Source of the DNA: the human T2T-CHM13v2.0 reference genome, Homo sapiens
Length of the DNA: 64,000 bases
Assembly (NCBI RefSeq): GCF_009914755.1
Contig: NC_060926.1
Reading direction: 5' to 3' (one strand)
Shown here: piece after piece, positions 13,856-29,189 of the stretch
Position numbering within the stretch: position 1 is the first letter of the stretch
How the letters are laid out: each line of letters begins with the position of its first letter
Position numbers and translations under genes: made by a program
The notes under the pieces: generated by a model
Database searches by the model: none
The model's input: only the letters and a program-made list of their open reading frames with translations
What the model was told of the DNA's origin: nothing

Positions 13856-14325
13856 TTATATTAGTCAGGATTTTTCAGAGAAACAGTGAAAGTGTGTATG
13901 TGTGTGTTGTGTATTTTTGAAGAAATTTATTTTAAGAGATTGGCTCACATGATTGTGGAAGTTTGCCAAGCCAAAAATCTAATGGGGGAGGCCAGTGGGC
14001 TGGAAATGCAGGAAACAGTTGCAGTTTGACTTTAAAGGCACTGAGCCTGGAGATACATGAAAGAGCTGATATTGCAATTCAAGTCTGAAAGCAGTCTGTG
14101 GCAGAATTCCCTCTTAATTGGGGAAGGTCAACTTTTTGTTCTACTGAGACCTTCAAGTAATTGGATGAGGCCCATTTGTGTTGTGAAAGGCAATCTACCT
14201 ACTCAGAGTTCACTGATTTAAATGTAAGTTTCATCCAAAAGCATCTTCACAGAAACATCCAAAATAATGTCTGACCAAGTAGCTGGGCATTCTGTGGCCC
14301 AGCCAAGTTGACATAAAAATAACCA
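13856..14325 (-). mobile_element. MLT2 (B/C-like) LTR
   Basis: TATATTAGTCAGGAT..TTCAGAGAAACAG...GTGGCCCAGCCAAGTTGACATAAAA. Confidence 0.8.
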
Positions 14326-14330
14326 GGGCA

Positions 14331-14964
<634 letters not shown>

Positions 14965-15017
14965 CCATCATGGGTATGAGTGGAACACTATGCAGCCATT
15001 AAAAAGAAAAGTAGCTC

Positions 15018-15319
<302 letters not shown>

Positions 15320-15431
15320 CTAAATGTACTAAGAACATAATATATATCTCCAAGATAAATTATTATTAAAAAAGCCAGATATAGAACAGTATATAAAATA
15401 TGCTACCATTAAAAAATTTTTTTTAAATAAT

Positions 15432-16400
15432 ACAGTCATGCATTGCTTAATGATGGGCATACATTCTGAGAAATGTGTCATTAGGCAATTTCATTGTTGC
15501 ATGAACATCATAGGATATACTTACACAAACTTAGATGGTGTAACCTACTACACACCTGGCTATATAGTATAGACTATGCTCCTAGGCTATAAACCCATAC
15601 AGCATGTTACTGTACTGAATACTGTAGGCAACTGTAACATAATAGTAAGTATTTGTGTATCTAAACATAGCTAAACATAGAAAAGGTACAGTAAAAATAT
15701 GGTATAAAAGACAAAAGATGCTACATCTGCATAGGACACTTAACATGGATGGAGGTTACAAGATGAAAGTTGCTCTGGGTGTCAGTGAGAGAGTGCTGAG
15801 TGAATGGGAAAGTCTAGGACATTATGCCACTGTAGACTTTATAAACACTGTACGCCAGCAGACCCCAACCTTCCTGGCACCAAGGACCAGTTTCGTGAAA
15901 GACAATTTTTCCACGGACAGGGGTGGGGTGATGGTTTGGGGATGAAACTGTTCCACCTCAGATCATCAGGCATTAGTTAGATTCTCATAAGGAGATAACA
16001 ACAACAACAAAAAAGAAACAAACAAATATTCTCATAAGGAGTGCACAACCTAGATCCCTCGCATGCACAGTTCACAACAGGGTTCGTGTTCCTATGAGAA
16101 CCTAATTCTCCTGCTGATATGACAGGAGGCGGAGCTCAGACAGTCATGCTTGCTCGCCTGCCACTCACCTTCTGCTGCATGGCCCGGTTCCTGACAGGCC
16201 ATGGACCAGTACTGGTCTGAGACCCAGGGGTTGAGGACCCCTGCTGTACACTATACTAAATTTATAAAAAACAATTATGTTATAATGTTATGACAGCTAC
16301 GATGTCATGAGGATAGGAATTTTTCAGCTCCATTATAATCTCATGGGATCACTGGTGTATATGTGGTATATCATTGACTAAAACATCACTATGCATTTGT
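15432..16400 (+). mobile_element. Tigger3 (Golem) non-autonomous DNA transposon, interrupted by MER1B
   Basis: Starts TA|CAGTCATGCATTGCTTAATGATGGG...TTCTGAGAAATGTGTCATTAGGC. Confidence 0.8.
15856..16243 (+). mobile_element. MER1B (hAT)
   Basis: CAG..GACCCCAACC...GGTTGAGGACCCCTG termini. 8-bp TSD CTGTACGC (15848-15855) / CTGTACAC (16244-16251). Confidence 0.9.
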
Positions 16401-16453
16401 GTATATAAACGACTATATATGGAATTATCATGGTTGTAAGAAAATGGTATAGG

Positions 16454-16859
<406 letters not shown>

Positions 16860-18276
16860 CTACTTTTTGTGTTTTTAAAATTTTATGGCATATGCAGAAG
16901 AAACCTTGGCTTTACATCCCAGCTCCATCGGCTAGAGATGTATCCCAGCCTTCCCGCTTCAGGGCTGCAGGCACAGGAGTGGCCGTTTTAGAGCGAAAGC
17001 CATAGCAAGTGGGGGTGGACAGGGATGGAGGCCAGAGATGTGCTCCTGAGTGGCCTGGACAGGATCCAGGAGTACGGTTCACCCGTTTGTAGTGGTGTGG
17101 ACGGCCTGTGCCAGGGACCAGGAAAGATAGGGCTGGAGCTCCAAGGGGCACGGAGGGGCTGTGAGAGCCAGAAGGGGGCTGAGTCAGCCAAGCAGCACCA
17201 CTGGCTCCACCACACAGAGCTTTTTCTTTGCAGTGAAGTCTGGGCCGCTCACTTTTTAGCCCCAGGCTGGGGAAGATGACATAGGTTCCCAGACGGTGAG
17301 CCTCACCCAGTGAAATTTCTTTCTGGCTGCAGGGTACATGCAGACCTGACCTTTTGGGTTTGCAGATCTGTGTGGAAAGATAACCTTCTCACAGGAGGCT
17401 TGCAAAGGAAATCCCTGCAAATGAGGACAGGTAATAATACCTTTGCTTTCCCAGTTCTTTAAGACTCTGACTCCACAATAACAGGGCTTTGCTTCCAAAA
17501 AAAAAAGGCCAACATGTGTTGCAATTTCAGCCAACATATGTTGCAAACTCAGGCTCAGCATCTGGTAGTAGTTAAGGGCAGGCTGACATTCACTGTGTAA
17601 TTCAAATTCCTCCAGCCCTTTGTCCTCTTTCCCAGGCTCCTAGCAGCCTCCTCCCCTTCTCCCACTTCCCCTGACTTTCCCCCAAACTCTAGACGGACTT
17701 GTTCCTCTGCTTCCCAGTCTCACCAGGACCACCCCACCCACTCCTTTGGAGGTTGTTTTCAAAGCAGTGAGCAGAAAGAATCCAAGGCCACATGCCACTC
17801 ACTCACTCAACCCGGGGCACGTTGTAAGGGACTGGGTTTCTGTTTGTTTTGTTGGCGTTTCTTGTTTTGGGAGTCGGAGGGAGTAGAAAGGGAAGGGAAA
17901 TTATTTAGTGGATTTTTTTTTCCTTCTTTTCCTTTTCTTTCTTTCCAGAAAACTAGCATTTCATAGTTCAGGACCCAGTGAACAATCAACTGCTGACTCT
18001 CACCAATATCAAAGGGAAAAAGTTAGTAAAGGAGTTCGTCCCACTGCTCTAGCTGTCTAAAAATGTAACAGGCTTCCCCTTCCCCAACATAACCTGTAAC
18101 TAAAATCTTGTTTATTTTCTGAACTTTTCAAAGAGGTTTAAGTACATTTTTGTGTATTTTTGAGAAAAGCACAGCTTATCCTATCACTGTCTTGCATCAT
18201 ATTTTTAAGTACCACATTACAAAAGACAAATATCACCAAGGCCCCTTAGAGCGTCCAAGATATAAAACTGCCGATG

Positions 18277-18764
<488 letters not shown>

Positions 18765-19376
18765 TTATTTACACCACATGCTCAAGCTGAAAGGATTACC
18801 CAAGGCGTGATCCTTGAGTGCCTCTGTCCCCACATCTCCCACCTCCCTCAGCATGCACTACTTCCAAAATATGCTTTACAACTGTCCCCTCTCTCCATCT
18901 CCACTGCCACCTCTCTAATCCTAGCTACCATCCTCTGTCACTTGGAATATGCAATACCTCCCTACCTTATCCCTCTGCTTTTCCTTGTGTAGAAAAAGTC
19001 ATTGAAAAGTTCTGTCTGTACCTTTTTCTTCTTTGGTTCACTCTCCCATCCCTCCCATCATTTTTCAAGCAGGTAGACAGACTTGATAATCCCATGTTTC
19101 TAGAATTCTAGAAAGGCTATAAGGCAGCCTAACAACATCTCAGCTTTTGCAGAAGCCTGAATCAGAGATGACTTTTGGCGAGGTGTCCTGGGGGGTGTGG
19201 GGAGAGAGTGTGTGTGTCTGGACACAGCAGCAAGGACAGAGATGAGATTTTTTCTAGATTGAGAATAGAGGGAGTTCCTTAATCCCCGAGAGCAGGGAGG
19301 AGCCCAGTCAAGGTTCCAAGGAAGAGGCCTTAGGAGGTGCCCAGATCAGAGAGCTTGGCAGGCTGAGGTGCTAAGG

Positions 19377-20001
19377 TGAGGCAGGAAATTAAAGAAAAAT
19401 AAAATTAAGAAGAAAGAGAAATAAGTTTTCCTGTATTGGGCTGACTTGTCCCAGAGGCAGCAACAGGCACAGCCCAGACCCAGGAAAAGTCTTGATAATA
19501 TTATCTAATGTGCTCTGGAGACTCTCCCAGCCCTCCCTCAACATAGGGAAAAGAAAGACAAAATTTCCTTTGTTTTATGGAATGAGTTTATAGATTGCTG
19601 TTCTCTGTAACTAGTGACTTCAAGTATTCTGTTTTATCTAAGAAGTACAACGAAGGTCATTAGAAGCCTGAGTAGACCTGAACTACAGCTGCCTGGGCAC
19701 CATAGTGAAGGTTATAAGATAAGCCCGTGCCCAGGCAAACCTAGATAACGGACATCTGGGTTGCTTGGCAACGGTCATGTGCAATCCTGTATTTGTCCTG
19801 CCTCTGTGTCCCTGCTTTCACACCACCGTAAGCTTGCTTCAAGCTAGCCCACCCCCTTTTGTGAAGTGTGTATAAAAGTCAGGTGCTGTCTTTGTTCTGG
19901 GCCCAGTCTTTTGGATGTGAGTCAGCTGGGCCTGAGTGCACTCAATAAAGATTCTCCTGTTTCAACGTGAGGTCTCTCTCGTCCTCCTGAGTCCCACAAC
20001 A
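19377..20001 (+). mobile_element. ERV1 solo LTR, LTR10C-like (HERV-I family)
   Basis: TG...CA termini, 4-bp TSD AAGG (19373-19376, 20002-20005), TATAAAA at 19871, AATAAA at about 19944. Subfamily from memory. Confidence 0.8.
19830..19850. promoter_or_regulatory. Candidate p53 response element inside the LTR
   Basis: AAGCTTGCTT-c-AAGCTAGCCC gives two exact RRRCWWGYYY half-sites with a 1-bp spacer. AP-1 site TGAGTCA at 19918-19924. Confidence 0.55.
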
Positions 20002-20277
20002 AAGGAAGCGGACTTTACCTGCAGAGAGTCACTAAAGGGGGCATGCTAGTCTTGGACAGTCAGAGCACCTGTTATAATCATGCCAACTAGAGGCCCTCAC
20101 CATGTTTCATGAGTGTCAAATAAGGATTCCCTTGTGATCCTGAAAGGAAAAGTGGTCTCAAATATGACGTTTCAGGAAGGGAGGGGCTTAAGGCAAAATT
20201 AGGCTGAGCTACTGGAAATAAAGTGGTGTTTCCTGAAGACCTAAATGTGGACCAGGATTTATACTCACTATTCACTT

Positions 20278-20390
20278 AAGGTGACCAGTGGTCCCAGTTT
20301 GCTTAGAACTAAGAGATTTCTCAGGACATAGGACTTTCAATGCTAAAATTGAGAATGTTCTAGGCAATCTGGGATGAATTGTTTACCCTA
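20278..20390. mobile_element. MER94-like MITE (hAT-Blackjack)
   Basis: AGGTGACCA..GTCCCAGTTTGC ... GGGATGAATTG.TTACCCTA inverted ends. Confidence 0.6.
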
Positions 20391-21461
20391 TTTAAAGTTC
20401 TTTCTACAAAATGATAAACTTACAAATGAAGTCAGGTCATAACTGTCTCTTACCATGGCCTTGGGGCTCCGTGGTGATCCGGATCCTGCCTCGTACTTCA
20501 TCCAGCTCTGCCCGGTTCCTTCCTATCCAGCCACCCTGCCTCCATCCTGCCTTCAGCCGACCTAGTTTATTCCTGTCTCTTAACCTATCACCTGTGATTC
20601 CTTCTGCCTGCACCACCTTCACCCTTTTCTCCTGCTCTTTCCCAAGGTCACCTCCCTTCCCTCCTGCAGAGGTCAGCTCAGAGAAACGATCCCACACCTT
20701 CCTCTCTGAAATCGCTTCCTCCACCTCAGCCCCAGTCTCTCTCTGGCTGCCATAACCCTCTGTAATTTACTCGTGGTACTGATCTCATGTGTGAATTAGC
20801 TTGATTGTGCACTTGTCTCTTTTCCCCTTAGCATGGAAGCTCCAGGAGGGAACCCTGTCCTAGACTCTGGCTCAGGGGTTTACACAAAGTCGGTGTTCAA
20901 CAGTTGTTGCCTGGCTGATTGCAAAAAAGGCTTTGTTTTTTTCTCTGTTCTTTTTCTTATTTTACTAAAAAAAAAAAAAGCAGTAAGTAAGCAGGTTAAA
21001 TTTTTTCAAGATTAACCCTTATTTTGGTGGAGAAAAAAAAATCATTTGGCCTGGTTAGTGCTGGGGTTTAGTAGAGTAACCTTTGTTTTCTTCTTCTTGA
21101 TGAACATTGTGGCCCATTTCCCTTTCAAAATTTTCTTTCTAGTCTCTATAACAAAGAACTAGTCACAGGTAAGACACGAGAGAAAAAAAGGAAAGAAAAA
21201 CCAAGTGGTGGGGCAGACAGCACAATGTAAGATGGCTAAAAACAAGTCCAAATATATCAAAAACCACAATAAATTTAATTTTTCTTAGTTTTCCTTTTCA
21301 AGGATCAAGGCTACCAGTTTGGTTAAAAAATTCAGCCATATGCTGTTTCCATGGGACACACCAAGATCATAAGAACATGGAAAATTTGAAAATCAAAAAA
21401 TGGGAAAACAGATCAGGCAAATGGCAACCACAAGAAAGTTGACATCAGAAAAAAATATTTT

Positions 21462-21786
<325 letters not shown>

Positions 21787-21902
21787 TAAGACAAAAACAT
21801 TACCAGGGATAAAGAGGATAACATAATGGCAAAAGGTTCAATTCACTGGGAAGATGTAACAACTGCAAAGCCGTATAGCATCTGTTTAAATAGCCTCAAA
21901 AT

Positions 21903-22836
<934 letters not shown>

Positions 22837-22996
22837 TAAATGGCTTCAAAATACAAAAAGCAAAGATGAAAAAATTACAGGGAGAAATCCATAATAGTGA
22901 GAGATTTGGCATGCCTCCATCATATATTAATACATCAAGCACAAAAGAAAATAGATTTGAGAAAATTAATGGATGTGATTTAACATACATACATAG

Positions 22997-23498
22997 TATT
23001 GGGAGATCATTCTTCACTAGTCTTTCATACTTCTGCACATCTTGTGAGTGCAGCTTTTGTTCTGGATTATCTGTTCAAGTATGTACAATGAATAGCCTTG
23101 GACTATAGAGACAGTGCCTCCCTCTGGAGTGAACAGCAAGTTTGTTCACCGCCCAGTCTAATAAAGACACTGCCTCCCTCTAGGTCAAAGTTTGAGGAGG
23201 TTTGTTTGCAGCTCATTACAAAAAACTGGAACTTCCTAGTCTTGAGGTTTCTCAGCTGTGAAACGCACACACTGCATCCACCTGGGCCTCTTCGTATTAG
23301 CCTCATGGGACTTACAGGGCGAGGAGAATCCACACAAGCATGAAGCTCATGCTGCTTGCTATGCTAGGGGTGAGTAATAAATCCTTTGTCTCTGATCCAG
23401 GAGTCTCATGTCTTCTGTCAGTATATATGAAACTGTGGCAAGCTAAGTTACTAGATTGCAAGTGTGATCAAATATCAGACCCTTCACAGTTCTTGACA
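22997..23498 (+). mobile_element. LTR47-like (ERVL) solo LTR
   Basis: TATTGGGAGA...AATAAA..CTTTGTCTCTGATCCAGGAGTCTCATG...CAGACCCTTCACAGTTCTTGACA. TSD CATAG/CATTG. Confidence 0.75.
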
Positions 23499-26400
23499 CA
23501 TTGAAGGTTGCACCCAGCAGTAGACAATATACCATCTTCTTATGCACTGCATGGAGCAGACACTAATTACCCAGCACAATGCCTGCCACGTGAGAGACAC
23601 CGAGTAAATGTCAGTTCTCATTTCTCTCCAGCACTCCTGTTCTTCTTATTTCCTTGAGCACTCAGCAGCCTCAGGGAAGGAATGAAGCAGGTAAACAGAA
23701 ATCCGAGGCTAGTGTTAAAACAGTCTGGGCAATGGTTCTGTCCATCCTAGCATAAAATAGGAGCACAGGGAGCTAGAGTGATGTAGAACAACTTCCCCCC
23801 ATGCTGTGTTGGCCCTATGCTGTGTGACTTCGTTATTTGATTTGGAGCAAGACCATTCCTAGGAAAGCAAATTCTGTATGCTTATATTCAAATGTCAAGA
23901 CATTTTCCAAAGGTTCTATAAAAATTAAATCTAGATAATTAACCATCTTCTCATAGCTCAGAGCAGTGAGTGAGACACGGTCTCTGTCTTTGAAGAGCTC
24001 CCTGTCATATCAAGGCTTGGCAGTGAGGTGAGGAGATTGAGCTTGGTAGGTAAACTACTAACACAATGTACCATATCTCCAAACACCAAGGGAGCATGAT
24101 CCATGATTAATTCTACTGAGGGAAGAAGGTGGCACAGAGGAGGTGATGTGTCTGAGGCCTGACCTGGTCTAGAATAATTTTGTCAGGAGGAAAGTGAGCT
24201 AACTCAGCTTCCAGGTTGCAGTGGCCCAAGGTGTGAAGTTCCTGTGATTGTTCAGCATCTCAGGGCAGATGGGGCCAAAGAAGGGGTGGCAAATGGAATA
24301 TAACCAGTACCCTCAATTCAAGAGAGCAGGGAGGGTTGGGAGGAGAAGCTGCTGGTGAGCGAGAGAATTCAGAAATCACTGTAGGGAGAGATATCAGGTG
24401 ATCTCCAGGTATCTTTTCTCCCACTGATGTGTGAGTTCTCTCGCTCACCAGTAGCTTCTCCAGGGTCTTTCCTCGAGCCCAGAAGGCTGAGAGGGGTCCT
24501 TGCTACCCTTTGAAAAAGGATGAGACCTGCTCATCACGGAACCCTACAGACACCTAAATGGGTCCAAGCAATACTTCTGATGCATTTCAAGGAGAAGGCT
24601 GGGCATTGGGGTGGCTGCTTCAGTAATGGGCAGTGGGACCCTTCCAGCTCTCCACAAGGTCTGTAGCCACACACAGCTGCCCTTGTCCTCAGAGCTGTGG
24701 TCCAACTGAAATCATGCCCTGTACCCAGGTCCTATGTCCCCTGACATATGGCCACAGAGAGACAGCTTATTGCTAAAAAACTACCCAGTAGGGAGAACTC
24801 AGAAGATCTATATGGCATGGTTCCTGGACACTTTACAGCAGATGTTAAAGTGTGTTGCCCTGAATGTCAGCCTCAAAAGCATCCTTAAAGCATCCCCGGT
24901 TCCCTCAAAGTCCTATATGGTCCTGTAATTCTTGACTTTCTTGAAATACTTTCGCAGTTTGCCACAGAGTCCCTTATTGATCTACACCACACCTCAGACT
25001 TGCAGAGAAAACAGCTCTTAAAATCTAGCATAGGGTGGATCTGATCTTCCTAACAAGCTGCTATCCATTGAGCAGAGAGTAGCAAAACACTTTTAGTCCG
25101 TGGAAGAGACTTCATTTGCTGCATTAGGTTAAATGAATCCTCTACATGATGTTCTGGCTAATAGGTGCTCAGCCTCTGAACGGGGTTCCTCCGTCAGCTT
25201 GGTCTCAGCTTTCCTTCCCTTTCTCTTGCCTCTCTGCAGAATGGCATCTGGAATGGGGTGTGGAGGTGGGGCTTCTGTCCCCATGACTGAAGAATAGGCA
25301 CTTGGATTTGCAAGGTGGTTCTGATCTTCCCCAGTCTCCACTGGGTTACCTCCAGCCTGCCCTGGCCTGGCTCCATGGGGACATGAGGAGCCTTGGAGGT
25401 CTGAGGCTAGCAGGGGCTCTGGCCTTTATGTGGCCAGGTGTTTATTTTGCAAAGCCCAGACGAGGCCTGTGCTGGGTGGTCTGTGCTGGATACCATACCC
25501 AACCATATGCCAAACCAGGAGTCGGCTGGCCTCAGTGACAGGCCCAGGGTCTTCAGAGGTCCCTTGTCAACTGGAGTAGGGGTGTCTGAGGTACCATTCT
25601 AGGCTTCCTAAGTGGGCCCCATCACCCCCCTCCACCTTCCACAGTACTCCCGAAAACCCCTGGGTTTCTGGCCAGGGCATCCTCGAGCTGGTGAACGGGT
25701 GATGACCCAGGGAAAACCAGCAACAGAATAACATGATCTACCAGGTTGTGGCCCTGGAGGAGAAATCTTGGCACTCCTAAGAAGTAGAAGGCGCCAGAGA
25801 GCTGCGCGCAGGTCTGAATACTGTCTGGAAGAAGAGGCCCCCTGCCCCAGAAACACCCTGTCCCAGCCCCATCTCCCAGTGCAGGGTAACATGACAAACA
25901 GATAAAGTTTGAACTTAATGCATCAGCAAAGCCGCATCACATGCACAAAACAAGGTGGAGAGGGGGCTTGAAGGCTAAAACAAAATCATCAAAATGGTCA
26001 CTCCAGTGAGGCGGGGCCTGCTACCGCTGCAGCACTCAGAACTGCGGTGGACATGGGAGGGCTTGTTGTGTGCAGGTCAGAAAGAGGTCGCTGACTCCGC
26101 TTGCTTCACAATTGGGCTTAGCGTCCTGCTCAGGGCCTTTGAAGGTTCAAATCTGGCCCCTGGCAATAAACTCTTCCTTCTTGGAAACTCACTCAGTGAC
26201 AGCACCGGTTCTCTCCATCCGGCGACCTTTGTCAGATGGTTAACCCAGTTTAACTCCTACTCCATGGACTGTTCTGAGAACTGCCATTGGCTAGCCCACG
26301 GGGGTTGTGGGAGGGAGACAGACACATACAACTCACTGTAATTACAATGCTTATGAGTTTTGGAATACCTCTTACATGGCAAAATGTTTACGTAGATTAT

Positions 26401-26982
26401 CTCCATTCCTCTTAACAGTCCTGGGTGGGGGAGGGGGGAGTATATTTCCTCCAAGTTATCGATGGGAAACTGAAGCTCAGAGCCGTCAAGGCCACCCAAG
26501 CAGGAAGTGGCTGTGAGGCTGCCTTCTTGAAGAGCCTGGGCGGCTCCACTGCCCTGCACCACCTCCAGCTATAATGCTGTGGGGCGGTGTGAGCCTCTCT
26601 TCAAAGGCATTGAAGCCTGTGGGGGAGGTTCAGTCGGGTCCAGCTGTTGTTCCCAGGCACTGTCCCGCCTGAGCTCTGCTCCATGCAGAGAGCAAATGCC
26701 TCTTGATTCCCACAAGGGGCTCCCCTCAGGGCCTCCAGGTATTATGCATTGAAGGACGAGGGTGCATGACAGCAGATGTGGGCACCTGGGGCTAGGGGCC
26801 CTGGTAAGGCTCACCCCCAGTGAGGGCAGGGCCTGCAGCTGCTGCAACACCAAGAAACTCTGTAGAAATAGGAGGGCTTGTTGTTTGTGGGTCAGAAGCA
26901 GCAGGAAACCTGCCAGAGATTCTGCTGAAAAGGTTTAATGAAGGGACCCTTACAGAATGTGGGCGGGCTTAGAGGGATTAAG

Positions 26983-27495
<513 letters not shown>

Positions 27496-28106
27496 CAAGA
27501 TTAAGGACATCCAAGAACTAGCTGCAGCAGGAAACTAGGCCAGGAGAGGCAATGGGAAGGAACTACCTGGCAGGAACCTGGCAGAGCTGAAGCTCCCCAT
27601 AGATTGAGGAATGCAGCCGGCACCTGAGCTCAGCAAGGTTGGTGGCAGGGCAGGGGTCAGTGGAGGGAGTAAATACTCCTACCTCATTCTCTCCCCACCC
27701 TCTGATTGCCTGCTGTGCTTCTCCTTAGCAAGAAAATCTGCTGTGGTTTGAATGTGTCTCCCAAAAGATCATGCATTGGAAATGTAGCCCTCTGCCCTCA
27801 AGGATGGATTAATGCCATCATGGGAGTGGCTCCGCTATAAAAAGCAAGCTCTCTCTGGCTCTCTTGCTCTTGCCCTCTTGCCATATAATGCCTTCTATCA
27901 TGTTGTGATGCACCAAGCATGGCCTCACAGATGCTGGTGCCATGCTTTTGGACTTCCTGGCCTCCAGAACCATGAGCTGAATACATTTCTTTTCTGTTTC
28001 TTTTCTTTTTCTTTCTTTTTTTTTTTTTTGAGATGGAGTCTCACTCTGTCACTCAGGCTGGAGTGCAATGGCGCAATCTTGGCCCACTGCAACTTCTGCC
28101 TCCCAG

Positions 28107-28562
28107 TGTCAGGCCTCTGAGCCCAAGCTAAGCCATCATATCCCCTGTGACCTGCACATATACGTCCAGGTGGCCTGAAGCAAGTGAAGAATCACAATAG
28201 AAGTGAAAATGGCTGGTTCCTGCCTTAACTGATGACATTCCATCATTGTGATTTGTTCCTGCCCCACCTTAACTGAGTGATTAACCTTGTGAAATTCCTT
28301 CTCCTGGCTCAGAACCTCCCCAACTGGGCACCTTGTGACCCCCACCCCTGCCCGTAAGAGAAAAACCCCCTTCGACTGTAATTTTCCACTACCCACCCAA
28401 ATCCTATAAAACAGCCCCACCCCTATCTCCCTTCACTGACTCTCTTTTTGGACTCAGCCTGCCTGCACCCAGGTGACTAAAAAGCTTTATTGCTCACACA
28501 AAGCCTGTTTGGTGGTCTCTTCACATGTGACGCACGTCACATGGACGCACAGTCACGCACAT
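28107..28562 (+). promoter_or_regulatory. HERV-H 5' LTR
   Basis: TGTCAGGCCTCTGAGCCCAAGCTAAGCC start, TATAAA at 28405-28410, poly(A) signal altered to ACTAAA (28476), rearranged U5 end. Confidence 0.92.
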
Positions 28563-29189
28563 GGGTGCCGTGACTCGGATCGGGGGACCTCCCTTGGGAG
28601 ATCAATCCCCTGTCTTCCTGCTCTTTTTCCATAAGAAAGATCCACCTATGACCTCTGGTCCTCAGACCAACCAGCCCAAAGAACATCTCACCAATTTTAA
28701 ATTGGGTAAGTGGCCTCTCTTTACTCTCTTCTCCAACCTCTCTCACTATCCCTCAACCTCTTTCTCCTTTCAATCTTGGTGCCACATTTCAATCTCTCCC
28801 TTCTCTTAATTTCAGTTCCTTTCCTTTTCTGGTAGAGACAGAGGAGATGCATTTTATCCATGAACCCAAAACTCTGGTGCCAGTCAGACTTGGGAAGACA
28901 GTCTTCCCTTGGTGTTTAATCACCATGGGGACACCTGCTTGATTATTCACCCACGTTTCAGAGGTGTCTGATCACCACAGGGACTCCTGCCTTGATCCTT
29001 CACCTTTAGTGGCAAGCACCACTTTCCTGGGGGGCAAGCACCCCCCAACCCTTCTCTCCATGTCTCTACCCTCTCTTTTCTCTGGGCTTGCCTCCTTCAC
29101 TATAGGCAACCTTCCATGCTCCATTCCTCCTTCTTCTCTCTTAGCCTGTGTTCTCAAGAACTTAAAACCTCTTCAACTCACACCTGACC

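Noticed and set aside
25608-25897. Minus-strand ORFs following a pyrimidine-rich CAG acceptor-like site near 25826
   Set aside because: No recognisable protein similarity or partner exons. It could be a non-coding exon, but nothing here supports that.
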